A stretch of 64,000 nucleotides of DNA, from contig JAQGDQ010000670.1 in assembly GCA_030141605.1 (NCBI GenBank), positions 51,613 to 115,612 on the forward strand. Direction: 5' to 3'. Numbering within the stretch: the first letter of the stretch is position 1; the number at the start of each line of letters is the position of its first letter. A model generated the notes under the pieces. That model saw only the letters and a program-made list of their open reading frames with translations. It ran no database searches and was not told the origin of the DNA. Shown in pieces: positions 1 through 14,894 of the stretch. The DNA is from Tubiluchus corallicola (taxonomy: Eukaryota; Animalia; Priapulida). Made by a program: the position numbers and the translations under genes.

Positions 1-555
1 GTCCGATAAAAGTATACATTTTAACACAATTAATACTGAAAAAGCGTTTCTGATAATTAAGTGATAGATTAAAATCTTAATTAACGACGGGCGAGCCCAA
101 CTATTGATGACATCACAAACTAACATAATTTTCAACAGCAGAATTATTCCACGAGCGTGTTGCACGTGTTTGCGAAAGTGAAAATTCAAGTTCAGTGCTA
201 CTGTAAGACATTTAGCGTGTTGTACTAAAACTAGGCAGGTTTTAAGATAAAAATTTAAATTTCAAATTTACCGCTGTGCTCACGCATGAGCTGTCAAACA
301 GGTATATTTCGTCACAAAATAACACATCTGTACTGAGAGGTACAGCACCTGTTTTTTGTGTAATGCGTTTCTCAAATGTCCTTCTAACGAATGGCGAAAT
401 GCATGTAACAGCTAAGAAATAGTGGCGCGAACGTGAAATTGTGTTTATGTGGTAATAATTCTTTCGCGTAAGTTATTTTTGAAAAGATGGCATGTTTCCT
501 TTCAATATTTTAAGGAATAAATGACCTGCAGTTTAAAATCGGGTCCGGTTTTTCT
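1..555 (+). mobile_element. Non-autonomous TTAA-flanked DNA transposon (Kolobok/T2-MITE-like, 'family A'); left end outside window
   Basis: Reverse-complement similarity to 15742-16345 over its length. Ends CCGGTTTTTCT followed by TTAA (556-559), an imperfect inverted match to the family terminus TTAA-AGGAAGACAGG. Confidence 0.7.
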
Positions 556-919
556 TTAAAGGTATCATTTTTTCTGTGAAACATGTATAGGTATTTCATC
601 TTAGGGTACTAACCGGTACATTGAACATTTTACAACTTGGAATTACAAGCCTTCAATGTCTCATACTGCGCATGCGCAAAATGAACAATATGGCTTCAAA
701 CAATTAATTAGCAACGCCTACGTCTAATTGATCGTAAGAAGCAAGGTTGCGTGAAAACGAAGCTTGTTAAATTTTGCTGTTCGAAGTGAATTACCTCGCT
801 GGCAAAGTGACAAAAAACTCAAATAGGAAAACCAAGAAAACGGGTTTACATTGGCAGGAACTGTTCAAGAGAACAAACTGCCTGATGTAACACTTTTAGA
901 AGCGAGAAAGTGAGAAACT

Positions 920-1209
920 TTTTAATAAAAAAACTGCGTTCATCACCACAGGGGCTAAGACAGCAGAGGCGAAAAGAATTGAGGAGGCAGAGGAGAAGCG
1001 CAGGAGAAGCAAGGCATGTGACACTGTCCAACAACAGGTCAAAACTCCCAGCCTCACTTGTGCTAAATGTCAAAGAAGGTTCCAGGCCAGAATTGGCCTA
1101 ATCAGTCACATTCGAGCTCATCAAAGGAATGACAACCCCCCAAACTGACCCTTTATCCCTGTCACTATGGTCATCTTCGATTCGAAGGACGAACATCATC
1201 ATCATCATC
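920..1209 (+). mobile_element. 5'-truncated RTE/BovB-like LINE, 3' end
   Basis: Frame 939-1148 reads ..AEAKRIEEAEEKRRRSK..LTCAKCQRRFQARIGLISHIRAH..* (RTE-BovB C-terminal C2H2 finger). (CAT)n tail; 12-bp TSD AAGTGAGAAACT at 908-919 and 1210-1221. Confidence 0.9.
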
Positions 1210-1779
1210 AAGTGAGAAACTCAGATCTATGGTCATCTATGTAGTAATGACTCAATGAAGCGGCTTTATAAATGCAATGGTTTGCCCAGAATAGTGGGTA
1301 ATAGCAGCTCACCTTCATACGCACAGTTTACACGTCACTGTACTGATTTTCACATAAACACCAAATCACAGCAGACTTATTTTCACAGAAATTAACGATC
1401 GCGTCTTTCGCTTGGCTTCATGCTTTTTGTCTGTGGTTCATTGTGTAGCCCCACAGTTGGTGTGCTGCAGTCATTTGTGCTAGGCTCTGGTTTTCAGTAT
1501 CAACTATAACCTTACTGTAAATAACTTCCATTATTCAGTCTGTAATTGCATATGTGATTCCCAGATAACATCTGTCCCACCATTGTGGCAATCTTAGTGG
1601 GTGCTTAATTGTTCCCATCAGCTGTATTGACCTCTTTCCTCGTGCAGGTAATTTGCGAATAACATTTATGTTGGCTTCTTGTATGAGACAATACGTATAT
1701 AGTAGTTCGTCAAGAAGCTGTGAATCTTCAGTAATATCGTCAAAGTTTCACTGCTGTCGACTACATAACAGATTAACAG

Positions 1780-2275
1780 ATTTACCTTTTTTCCAAATCC
1801 CATCGTTAATTCCAGAACAAGCAATCTAAAACAAATTAGGACAAATACCCACTATGGAACGAACTCTGTAATCAAGCAAACAATTCTACTGTGGAATTCT
1901 CTACCATTACAGGTTAAACAAATCAAGTCCCTATCAGCATTTAAAACAAAACTAAAATCACTAATAATAACCAGATATGAAATACCATCACACCAGTACG
2001 ACAACATACACACTAATTCAGAATTCATATATCCACAGCCATATTAATTAAATCATAGTTTTTTTCATTTTTTTGTGCATAGTTGTAAATATGTTTGATT
2101 TTATTCGTCGTTACTTTCCATTACTGCACAGTAGTTTAGATTGCAATGTAATCTAACCTTTAGCTTACCTTTAGCAGTGTAAGTTTTTATTAACTAACAC
2201 TGATTGATCATCTCTGTAAAGTTTTTATCAGTGATTATCACTGTATTTTAATGGCAAATAAAGATTATATATATA
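1780..2275 (+). mobile_element. CR1/L2-like LINE 3' fragment
   Basis: Translates ..IRTNTHYGTNSVIKQTILLWNSLPLQVKQIKSLSAFKTKLKS.. (WNxLP..S..FK..LK motif). 3'UTR ends GGCAAATAAAG plus a (TA)n tail. Confidence 0.75.
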
Positions 2276-2318
2276 CATTAAATTTTTTAATAACATATGC
2301 GGCTGTGTTTAATTTTTT

Positions 2319-2560
2319 AGATTTAGATTTTAGATTTAACATTTTATTTCAAACTTTACAAAGTTCATATACACATCACAAATAATACAATAAATCATGA
2401 CACACAACAATAACACAAATAACAATTAACGGTATAACAAACTACGCCAATGACGTCTAATTGCAGAAGTAAAGTTTGCATCACTGTTTAAAATGTTCTT
2501 GCATATAAAATTTTCACTCTTATTCAGCCTGACGTATAAACTGTATGCACATTTTCTGTG
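2319..2560 (-). mobile_element. Retroposon 3'UTR fragment with (TCTAAA)-like tail; second copy at 33238-33474
   Basis: Close reverse-complement match to 33238-33474; AATAAA followed by a short tandem tail. Confidence 0.7.
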
Positions 2561-3331
2561 AATAACATCAAAATAAATAATATTAATTCTAGTATTAATA
2601 TATCTGGCGCTCGTATCATATGAAAAGTTAAACAGCTTCCGTGTTGATAAGGTTGCTTGAGTTTGCTAAGATTGTAAGAATAAGAATGTCTCCAAGTGGA
2701 CATACAATAAAAAGTAGTGCAGTAAGAAAATACTAAAGCTTGACTACATAACTAAGCCACGTCCACTCAAAACGCCTTTGGTCCACTCAAAATCATTACT
2801 GCATTGTATCGTCGATATTAACATGCTAATGTCATTTAACGGTCGGATTAATCTTGGTGCAGCTTTCTCCCGTCCGTGTCGACGCGTTAATAGATTCATA
2901 TTCATCCGAATCGACTGGCTCAACGTAATCTTCCAGTCACACACAAACATGCCCGGTTATTACTACCTTCGTAATAAGCATTTGCTTGCATCTAATGAGA
3001 AATCCGACTCTAGAATAATCGGACTATTAACCATTTGGGAGTAGACTAAGCAAACCAGAGTTCACTGGTCCTGTTTGCTTAGTTACCATATCGTCCCTTG
3101 TCTCCGAGTTTTACTGCATGTAGGATTACGGCAATGACCGATTCCGTGATTTGGAAGTTGAATAAACGGTTAATATGGTGACTTCATCAACTTGCATTGT
3201 TTTATAGTAATAGTTTTATAGAAGAATGTGATGCAAGTTATTCTAATGTATATAGATATTGTAAAAGAACTAACCGAAAATGATCTAATCGTAAATTGAT
3301 TATACAAGCAAACTGTTGTCCAAATGATTTG

Positions 3332-3610
<279 letters not shown>

Positions 3611-3657
3611 AGAAAATAATGACATTCGTACAGAAAGAGAAACACTAATGTAATTAA

Positions 3658-4020
3658 AATGTACATAGATATTGTAAAAGAACTAACCCAAAATGATCTT
3701 ATTGTAAATTGGTTATACAGGCGTACTGTTTATATACGAATGACATTAATGTAAGATTATTTATGTATGTATAAGCTACAACATATACTATTTGTACATA
3801 CAGTAAAACATGTATAAACATTGTACGCAAATATTAGATATGTAATTAGATTTAATAAATCGTAATGCAGAATTGTTAGCTTGTTTAGTAAGAAATTGTA
3901 AATGTGAAGAATTTAATGTAAAAATTTATTTAATGTACATAATGTAAACTTTTTTGTACTTATGTGCCCTGCAAATAGAGGGCTTATTGTATCATTTTCA
4001 ATAAAGATTTTTAATAATAA
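3658..4020 (+). mobile_element. Interspersed repeat (retroposon 3'UTR-like); partial copy at 3243-3330 and inverted copy at 29563-29860
   Basis: ATAGATATTGTAAAAGAACTAACC.. occurs at ~3252 and ~3665. GTACTTATGTGCCCTGCAAATAGAG and upstream sequence recur reverse-complemented at 29563-29860. Ends in AATAAA. Confidence 0.7.
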
Positions 4021-4619
4021 TTAATCAAGTCCTTACCATGCAATGCACTGTGGCTATGCACCACTGATATACATAGTGCTGCAAGTAGTTTGAATTGTTT
4101 GGAATATTTGTTTCTAAATCATGTCACTCGATGAATTAACAAGAATTCTTTTGCAGGCAAACAAACCAGTTACAATTTACCATAATTGGCTACTATGTTT
4201 TTTCTTGTGTGTCATCTTTTGATCTCACAGTCGATCCTTTCAGCAAATCTTTTGCAGCAACAGCTGCTGTAATAACTGCTAATGATGTATGTTTAATTAG
4301 TGCTTTGGCAGTACTTTTCAGTAATCTAATACAGTCATACACATTAGCACTGTTAATGTTTTACACATTATATTACCCCAGAAACACCGTATACCCTTAT
4401 TACACAAGATTCGGGATTTCTAAGCGGTATTTTTATCACGGAAATTGTTCACGAAATTCTCTGCCTTCTACCAAACCTGTTGACCTTGGTAAACACTGTA
4501 TGTGTATGTATCACTTTCCAAAACACAAAATAATTTACCGCTTTAAAATGTCTGTTAAACGATATCTATTTGCTTCTTATATAAACGAGTCTTGATAACC
4601 ACCTACCGTTCCTGTGTGA

Positions 4620-5163
<544 letters not shown>

Positions 5164-5849
5164 CCTAGAGCACTCGCTTCTAATCCTACACTGCACTCTA
5201 AATTCTAAAGTGGCTGTTATAATTGCAGAAAGGCCTTAGTAAATTGGAGTTTACGCATCTCATACAGTTGGTAATGTCTTAACGTCTTTGTCTTTGGCGC
5301 TACGCGGCAAATTCTCATGCTTACAAGGATTTCACTATTGACTATAAAATTAATTTTATAGACTAATACAGACTAATAAGACAACGGACTAATAAAATTA
5401 CTTTTCCTAGAGTTGAATGCGTTTTCGTATCATATAATAATAATTTGGGCGAATTGAAATGTTGCACTTGGGCAAATGAATTCACAAAATTGTAATAAAC
5501 AGAAATGCGAATTGCAGACATTAATAGTGTTAATATACACCTCAATTCCCTGTCACCTTTTCCCTTCTGATCTCACTTTCAAAACATTTCAAAACCTCAT
5601 TCTATAGAATTCAATCCTGAATGGCAAAGTTCACTCACGGCGTAGCGAAACAAGTCGTACCATTTACCACAAAACCGTCTCGCTACATGCTCGGTTTCCC
5701 TTTTTACTAAACCAGCAGCATAATTATGTTTTGGACAGAGAGCGTTACATTTTCTAGAAACTCCTAGCCTTGTGAGTATCGTTTGATCTCGCATTGTGAG
5801 CAGTGAGTTCACATATAATAGGCAAATCAAATAACAACAATGTGAATAC

Positions 5850-6570
5850 AGAATTGTAACTGTGGATTTCGATTTGAGTCTGTTGAACACTTTTTGTTGC
5901 ACTGTCCAATGTATCAACAAACTAGGGTTGTTATGTTTGATAAATTAAATTAAATACTTCTGCCCGAAAACCTTAATATAGCTGCCTTAGGAAATAATGA
6001 TCTGTTGAAGTTGTTATTATTCGGAAAAGATGAATTTAACTATGTTGCTAACTGTAAAATATTCCAATGCATACATGACTTTATATTACGTACTAAACGC
6101 TTCCAGTAGTTTCTATCTGATATGAAATGCATCAGTCTTAAATATTCGTACATTAATATTTTCCAACCGTCATTTTCTACTAATCTCTAATGTAATCTTG
6201 TAGTAAAACTTGTCAGCTTGTGCAGTTATAATCTATTCTTACTGTAAATGTTACTAATGTCTAATGTAATCTTGTAGTAAAACTTGTCAGCTTGTGTAGT
6301 TACAGTCTATTCTTACTGTAAATGTTACTAATGTCTAATGTAATCTTGTAGTAAAACTTGTCAGCTTGTGTAGTTATAGTCTATTCTTACTGTAAATGTT
6401 ACTAATGTCTAATGTAATCTTGTAGTAAAACTTGTCAGGTTGTGTAGTTATAGTCTATTCTTACTGTAAATGTTCTTGTAAATAGAGTATAAAGTCTGTT
6501 GTGGTGAGGATCCTAAATCATGTTGTTCAAACTGTCTGATCCAATCCTATAATAAATTATGTTTAAGCTA
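5850..6570 (+). mobile_element. CR1-like LINE 3' fragment (copy 1 of 3) with a 4x74-bp tandem in the 3'UTR
   Basis: Matches 52997-53594 and 54049-54490. Encodes NCNCGFRFESVEHF..LLFGKDEFNYVANCKIFQCIHDFILRTKRFQ*. 74-bp units start at 6180, 6254, 6328 and 6402. Confidence 0.85.
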
Positions 6571-6805
6571 ATCAGAGCAAAAATCATCAGAAGCGTCATT
6601 AGAAATTTTTTCATTCGTTTAAATTAAATATAATAATAATTTTTTTTCTAATTTTTTGTTCAAATTTAACAGACGCCCTGGTACGTAGCAGTGGTATTGA
6701 GACTAATACTCAGGATTGCAAATGCCAAACATTTTCCCATAATCGTCATGATCATCATCATTATAATCATCGTTAATATGGCACTGTGTCCTCATCGATC
6801 TCATC

Positions 6806-7465
<660 letters not shown>

Positions 7466-8058
7466 ATCACCGCCATCAAACATGATCAATGGCGTCACCA
7501 CTGCACGTCCTCTTTCTTTCTTACAGTTGTTGATCTGTAATTGAATAGCGCGATTACACAAAGTTATTGTTTTATTGTAGAATCTAGCTGAAATTGGATC
7601 CGTTCCACGATCCATTAGTCTAATGAAACCGAAAGCTCAATGATTGTTCAGAAAGGCACTTAATTTGCTTTTGGGTTTGTCGAATGAAAATTAAAACTTC
7701 TCTGTCACCAAACCACTGCCTAAAAAAACAAGCAAAGATTACCAGATCTACTTTATACTGCAAAGAGTCGTGATGAATTTTAAACGCAAATATTCTTTAT
7801 TACTCTGGTCATACTGGCAACATTCTCGACATTTCGTTACAGATGAATCACTAAAGAGAAAGATTCATCACGCTGTTGGCTTCTCTGCTGAAATAAAGGC
7901 TGAAATAAAGACAATAGTAAACTCAAAACTTTCATGTTGATAAATAAACACAGTTTCATGTTGACTACGAAAACACAGGCCCAGAAAGTCTATAACCCTT
8001 ATGCAAATGGGATAGATAGACAGGTAGAGTTCGTTAACTGGTATGTAGTTGGGATGTA

Positions 8059-8587
8059 TTATTATTATTATTATAATTCTTTATTTAAAATTTATAATTG
8101 AACGCATATACAAATATTTACATAAAATACACACAGGGACCCTCTATTTGCAGGGTATGGTTAAAAAACTTTGTAAATAAAATAGCTGTTATATTCGCAA
8201 GACTTTTAAATACCAATAAATCAATATACCAATAAAAGAACAACTAAAATCAAATAGTACCAATTTACACAAATTTACACAAAACGACCTGTATAATATA
8301 AAAGTTCAATATTTTATACTAAAGTTTGTAAAAACGGATCACAAACTAACTCAGTGAAAGCAACTAGCAGGTTTTTGTCACGAGAGGTATAAATTTTACT
8401 AATGTTCTGAAATTGTAGGCTATTTGCGAGCGCTAATCTTTTATTTTCGTCGACCAAAGTACAATTAAAAAGCAAATGTTCAACTGTTTGTGCTTCCTCT
8501 GAGCATATACAGACATTTTCGTGTATGTATCCAATTTTAAAAAGAAAATCTTTAAAGTTACCTTGTCCTAATAAAATACTACGAGAC
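8059..8587 (-). mobile_element. 5'-truncated LINE with R1/LOA/I-group-like ORF2 C-terminus
   Basis: Minus strand reads SILLGQGNFKDFLFKIGYIHENVCICSEEAQTVEHLLFNC (CCHC knuckle). (AAT)n tail; 11-bp TSD GTTGGGATGTA at 8048-8058 and 8588-8598. Confidence 0.8.
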
Positions 8588-9190
8588 GTTGGGATGTAGA
8601 TGGACAGTAGATAGACAGTACCGTACCAGATGGGGTAGCCTGGGTAAATAAGTTGGCATAGTTAAATAGACTAGCTCAAATACGGTAGGCAAATTTTAGA
8701 ACGAGGAGCTTTCGCTTTATCCTGTCACTGTAAAAGTTTTACCATATGATTCATCGTTTGAGCGTCTGAGTCAAGGATAATTTCCGACTGTCTTTTCTAC
8801 GTAAGTTTGTAATTGAAACCGATTGTCTCTTGCGAAACACAGAAAGTCTTCACCACAGACGGAATCAGTGATGGAAACGCTGGACATATTCTGTGCTTCT
8901 TAATCAGATTAGACAGTCAACTGAGTAATGTTGTCAACAATTGGTAAGGCAGATCACGAACTTCATCTATACGGCTTTAAGCCAACGGGAATAAGAATGT
9001 GTAACAGATGTAATGATCATTGTGAAGAGAAAGTTTATATCGTAATTCACTCTTTCATTTCGAGAATTAGGGGTGATTGATGGATGGCTTCTCTAAATCC
9101 ACAGAGATAAAAAAATCATTTGCTAATCTCGTCATTATATCTTTTTTCGTTTCTTGCTATTCGGATTAACTCTTTAATAAGAAAATTAAC

Positions 9191-9266
9191 ATGTGTTCAG
9201 ATGATGTTAAAATCATGCTGTTTACTGCTGCAGCGTTTACTTGTATGTCTTTATGGACTAATTATA
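9191..9266 (+). CDS. Candidate first coding (signal peptide) exon of the Ig gene; tentative
   Basis: MCSDDVKIMLFTAAAFTCMSLWTNY+A then GTAATT. The phase-1 donor joins exon 14281 to give ..WTNYILGASSLPEF. Weak donor and only a modest hydrophobic core. Confidence 0.25.
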
Positions 9267-9334
9267 GTAATTGCGTGATAAATAGGCTGCTTATTGCATA
9301 CAACAGTGGTACCAGAAAACTGTTTCGCTTAAAG

Positions 9335-9714
9335 TACGATTGAAGTGCTCTTGGCATGTGCGTAAACCTATCTACGATTGCAGTGCTCCTGGTATGTGTG
9401 TAAATCTATCTACGATTGCAGTGCTCCTGGTATGTGTGTAAACCTATCTACGATTGCAGTGCTCCTGGTATGTGTGTAAACCTATCTACGAATGCAGTGC
9501 TCTTGGCATGTGTGTAAACCTATCTACGAATGCAGTGCTCCTGGCATGTGTGTAAACCTATCTACGATTGCATTGCTCCTGGCATGTGTGTAAACCTATC
9601 TACGATTGCAGTGCTCCTGGCATGTGTGTAAACCTATCTACGATTGCAGTGCTCCTGGCATGTGTGTAAACCTATCTACGATTGCAGTGCTCCTGGCATG
9701 TGTGTAAACCTATC
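9335..9714. repeat. Minisatellite, 38-bp unit x10
   Basis: Unit TACGATTGCAGTGCTCCTGGCATGTGTGTAAACCTATC. Confidence 0.97.
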
Positions 9715-10184
9715 TCTACCACATTTTAGTCATATTCACGGAAGATCATGTTACAACGTTCGAAATATGTTACTACTGAACACTGGCAATAGTATTATAA
9801 CTGCTATTATGAACTCACATAGACTTGTCAATTTTTTTGTGACATGGAACGAATTATTACAAAATTAGCCTCTAAAATTTATTTGGCTTTTAATTTACTA
9901 ACCCTGTATACATATATTTAGGCTTTTAGTTTTTCATTTCATTGTATTTTATTTCATTTTAGTATTGTATTTGTATTGTACATGGTCTTAGTTACCGAAA
10001 TAAAAATTTTAATTGAAGTGAATAGTCTTTTTTCCCATTTCCGTCTATTTCTTTCTTTCTGTTTTATTCACAGTTTCATAAGTCAACATAAAAACAATAT
10101 GAAACCCTAATGAGTGCCACATACCCTACTATACCTGTTTATATACGACACTAACAGATAAGATATTTAACAATATAATGTATA

Positions 10185-10680
10185 AGTAAGGTAGCAAGCA
10201 ATTTATTGTCATTATAGAATAATACATACAATGAAATTTATATGGTTGTACGTACTGCAATAACTTATGGAAACAACAAGGAGAGTAACACAAATAATTT
10301 AATCAGTTGTACAGTGGCATAGAAAATTAATATTGGAGATTTACTTAAATTTACTGTTGATTGTGCGAATTGAAAAGGGATAGAAAAGTTCTTGTGGTTT
10401 TAGCGTTAATTGAGGAATCTATCTAATTGAGGAATTGATTTTAGCGGAATCTACGACCAGAGGGGGGGAGCGTTTCAAAATATTTATTACCTGGATGGAA
10501 TGCATCTTTCATGATAACTTGCGCTCTCTTTGCGACCCTAGTTTTATACCAATGTGCCATAGATTGCTGTTCGATTCCTATAATTTCTGATTCAGATTTA
10601 ATAAGTTGATCAAGAGCATTGTGATCTCCCTGCGTGGTAGCGCCATACCAAACAGTGAGGGATGTTATTAAGTTCACTGA
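10185..10680 (-). mobile_element. Rex1/Babar-like LINE 3' fragment
   Basis: ORF 10441-10677, TVWYG..LDQLIK..IIG..KRAQVIMKDAFHPGNKYFETLPPSGRRFR, matches the Rex1/Babar post-RT region. A short duplication (TAATTGAGGAAT) disrupts it; 3'UTR ends GACAATAAA. Confidence 0.85.
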
Positions 10681-11391
10681 TTAGTTAACAAATAGTTACA
10701 GATTCTTTCTATTTAGGAAACATTTAAATATTAAATGACGTAGTCACAAATTGCAATTACATTTTTTATAGTCGCTCCCTACCAGAAGCAAATGCTTAGC
10801 ATCAGTACTCATCTAGCATGCAATTGGTTCTTTGTGCTCAACCTTTCTTATTGCTGATTCGCCAATACATTAAGCGTAAGACCACGTGACCTGCATCCTG
10901 AAATGTGGTTGGTTGGGTAGAATTAGGGAAGCTGATCGACATTGTCTTTTCGTTGACTGATCAAGAAACCCGTTTGGGAAATTTTAGATTGAATAAATTA
11001 GTAAAATTCGATTAAATTCTTTATGTACAGCTATTTCGACTACAGGGAAAATCGTTAATGAAATTCAATCTAATGAGAAAAAAACGCATAATCGTTATAC
11101 TTTTCGTACCGACACATTCGCTAGTCGACCATCTCGAACGAACACGACACTAGAAGCGAATTTTGCCGCTTCTGCCGCACGTGGCTACCGACAAATCAAG
11201 ATAGATTACCTCAGCTTCACGAAACCTCCCGCGCTGCAGGGAAGAAAGCGTTAAATGAATGTGCACCAACAAGGTTGGTTTCAAGCTGTGATTTGAGATA
11301 TGAAATCCTAAAATGTCGAAAATGTGCTGCTTAATAGCAGCTTCCACATATCAGTTAATGATAGGCCGATCAAGATTTTTTGGGTACCGAG

Positions 11392-12790
11392 TCGATCACA
11401 AGTCGATCAGTTTTGCTGTTCACCAATACCGATCGATCACGAGTCGATCAACTTTGCTGTTCACCAATACCGATCGATCACGAGCCGATCAACTTTGTTG
11501 TTCACCAATACCGATCGATCACGAGGCGATCAACTTTGCTGTTCACCAATACCGATCGATTAAAAGTCGATCAACTTTGTTGTTCACCAATACCGATCGA
11601 TCACGAGCCGATCAACTTTGCTGTTCACCAATACCGATCGATCACAAGTCGATCAACTTTGCTGTTCACCAATACCGATCGATCACAAGTCGATCAACTT
11701 TGTTGTCCACCAATACCGATCGATCACAAGCCGATCAACTTTGCTGTTCACCAATACCGATCGATCACGAGGCGATCAACTTTGCTGTTCACCAATACCG
11801 ATCGATCACAAGTCGATCAACTTTGCTGTTCACCAATACCGATCAAACACGAGCCGATCAACTTTGCTGTTCACCAATACCGATCGATCACAAGTCGATC
11901 AACTTTGCTGTTTCACCAATACCGATTGATCACAAGTCGATCAACTTTGTTGTTCACCAATATCGATCGATCACGAGCCGATCAACTTTGCTGTCCACCA
12001 ATACCGATCGATCACGAGGCGATCAACTTTGCTGTTCACCAATACCGATCGATCACGAGGCGATCAACTTTGCTGTTCACCAATACCGATCGATCACGAG
12101 CCGATCAACTTTGCTGTTCACCAATACCGATCGATCACAAGTCGATCAACTTTGCTGTTCACCAATACCGATCGATCACAAGGCGATCAACTTTGCTGTT
12201 CACCAATACCGATCGATCACGAGCCGATCAACTTTGCTGTTCACCAATACCGATCGATCACGAGCCGATCAACTTTGCTGTTCACCAATACCGATCGATC
12301 ACGAGGCGATCAACTTTGCTGTTCACCAATACCGATCGATCACGAGGCGATCAACTTTGCTGTTCACCAATACCGATCGATCACGAGCCGATCAACTTTG
12401 CTGTTCACCAATACCGATCGATCACAAGTCGATCAACTTTGCTGTTCACCAATACCGATCGATCACAAGTCGATCAACTTTGCTGTTCACCAATACCGAT
12501 CGATCACGAGCCGATCAACTTTGCTGTTCACCAATACCGATCGATCACGAGGCGATCAACTTTGCTGTTCACCAATACCGATCGATCACAAGTCGATCAA
12601 CTTTGCTGTTCACCAATACCGATCGATCACAAGTCGATCAACTTTGCTGTTCACCAATACCGATCGATCAAAAGTCGATCAACTTTGCTGTTCACCAATA
12701 CCGATCGATCAAAAGTCGATCAACTTTGCTGTTCACCAATACCGATCGATCACAAGTCGATCAACTTTGCTGTTCACCAATACCGATCGA
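11392..12790. repeat. Minisatellite, 41-bp unit x~34, GATC/CpG-rich
   Basis: Unit CCGATCGATCACAAGTCGATCAACTTTGCTGTTCACCAATA, with ACGAGCC and ACGAGGC variants. Confidence 0.98.
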
Positions 12791-13234
12791 ACACAGACAC
12801 TGAGTGAACTTTTTTGCACCATTAAGAAAGCTCAAGATTGGAAACTTACAGTAACTTATATGGCACAACATTATGAATTTTGCATTAAATCAAGCTGATG
12901 CCGTATGGTGACATGAATCTTGTAAAACCGATTATGCAATGTCTGATGAAGCACTTGTCATACAGATAGAACGTAACGTAGATGTGAAAGCTTCACCCAC
13001 TCAATAAAATCACCGTGTATAAAGCTATTTAGCAATGATCCGCTTTTATACTGGATAAATGTTCGTTATTCGGCTGTGACCGATAAATACGGATCTTTGC
13101 GTAGTAAAATAAGCGCTTTGCAGCAAATGTATCACGCGCTGTAATGATTATTATGGTAGTTTTGCTCAGGGATAACGATTTCCGGAAAAGTGAGGTTTCC
13201 GTTACTGTGAGTTTTCATTCTTGAGCTTGTTTAA

Positions 13235-13505
13235 AGGACAAGAAAAATATTATTACTTTGTAGCAATTTCATGCAAATATCGTACTCGCGTTGAAAAGAT
13301 TTTCTTTCGTTTTAAATCTCCCGCAGTACTGATCCGACCGCGCCATTACATGACGTCATATACGCACAACGTAAATCAGGGAAAGAAAAGGAAATGTTAA
13401 ACTATGTCCCGAAAAACTTTCTATGCAAAGTTATGTTACTTAGCATTTCGTTCACCTGCTTAAAAGACTTATGTAACTAGAAAAGAAAATTATAATAATT
13501 ATTTA
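13235..13505 (+). mobile_element. Kolobok/T2-MITE-like 'family B', left-end fragment
   Basis: TTAA-AGGACAAGAAAA start; body similar to 60574-61198 and 63329-63984. Confidence 0.75.
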
Positions 13506-13569
13506 GTCCTTTATTTTTGATCTAATTAAAAATCGATAGTATGCAAGTTTGAAATTTAATAAGTATAGT

Positions 13570-13650
13570 AATAATGATGATGATGATCATGATGATGATG
13601 ATGATGATGACGACGACAACGACAACGACGACAACTACGACGACGACGAC

Positions 13651-13704
<54 letters not shown>

Positions 13705-13708
13705 AATG

Positions 13709-13757
<49 letters not shown>

Positions 13758-13781
13758 TAATAAAAAATGATGATGATAATG

Positions 13782-13812
<31 letters not shown>

Positions 13813-13859
13813 TAATAATAATAATAATAATTAATAATAAAAAAATGATGATGATAATG

Positions 13860-13933
<74 letters not shown>
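13570..13933. repeat. Compound (GAT)/(GAC)/(AAT) microsatellite
   Basis: Directly visible; contains a duplicated TAAAAAATGATGATGATAATGATAATAAT block. Confidence 0.95.
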
Positions 13934-13934
<1 letters not shown>

Positions 13935-14280
13935 TAATAAACAAAAAGAAAGAAGAAGTGAAAGAAGAACTCCGATACCACCACCGATACTCTCACCAAT
14001 AACAACACAACAGCAATTTCCTTTTGCTGTTACATGTATTAGCACAGCTTCATGTTAAAGTGTTTTAAAAACTGTTCACACAACAAAATAGTCAATTAAT
14101 AAGCAGAACGCCATTACTAGGCGCGTCGAAGACAGTAAAATACAATTTTTTTTCGAATTTTCATTTCTACAATAAAAAAATAAATTTACTGAAAAGTAAT
14201 TCTGATGGTGATTGTGGCACTTTTATGTCACTATACGCTTTAAAAACTTTTTTTGATTATTCATATTTGTTTATTTGTAG

Positions 14281-14396
14281 TTCTGGGAGCTTCTTCGCTA
14301 CCGGAATTTGCATCGCGTGTTTCAGACGTGGAAATCAAGGAAGGACAGACTGCCGTATTAGACTGTCAAGTGGAAAATTTGGGAGACCATTATCAG
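14281..14396 (+). CDS. DIP/lachesin/IgLON-like Ig cell-adhesion protein, exon for N-half of Ig1
   Basis: TTTGTAG acceptor and CAG|GTAAAC donor; phase 1 to 0. LGASSLPEFASRVSDVEIKEGQTAVLDCQVENLGDHYQ includes the first Ig cysteine. Confidence 0.9.
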
Positions 14397-14894
14397 GTAA
14401 ACGTAGCTTCAGTCAAAAATTTCCTGTCATATTTGAAGTTTTTGAAGTTTACTTTCAGGTTTTTTTTGAACTGATATTTAGTTAAAAAATTAGATTTTGA
14501 AGCTTACTTTTACTTCTTTAACATGTTTAGTGACTTTCACTTTTCTTTTTAATGTTTTTATCTTCATATTTAAATACCTAATATCTAGATATCTAAATGT
14601 CTATAAACGACGATGTTTATTGTACGCATGTGCAGAGTGACGTCTTGATTCTGTGCTAACATGCTAAGCGGTAGTCGAACGTGCCCCACCCATTTCCAGA
14701 AGCAAATATTTAAACGAATTGTATGCATGATTTCATTCAGATATTTCGCCAAAAGACAATGGGCATATATATAGTATTTTCGATTTGATAATTTAATAAC
14801 ACAACATAACTGTGTGGAACATCTGGCGTTGTTTAAATTGCGCAAAAATACGAATACGATATGAAAGCAAGGTGAATTAAATTTACTACTCAAC

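Noticed and set aside
667-678. NRF1-type palindrome TGCGCATGCGCA as a promoter mark
   Set aside because: Single motif among TE fragments with no other promoter evidence.
11313-12898. ORFs of 496, 475 and 289 aa
   Set aside because: Translations of the stop-free 41-bp array in all three frames; no domain content or splice support.
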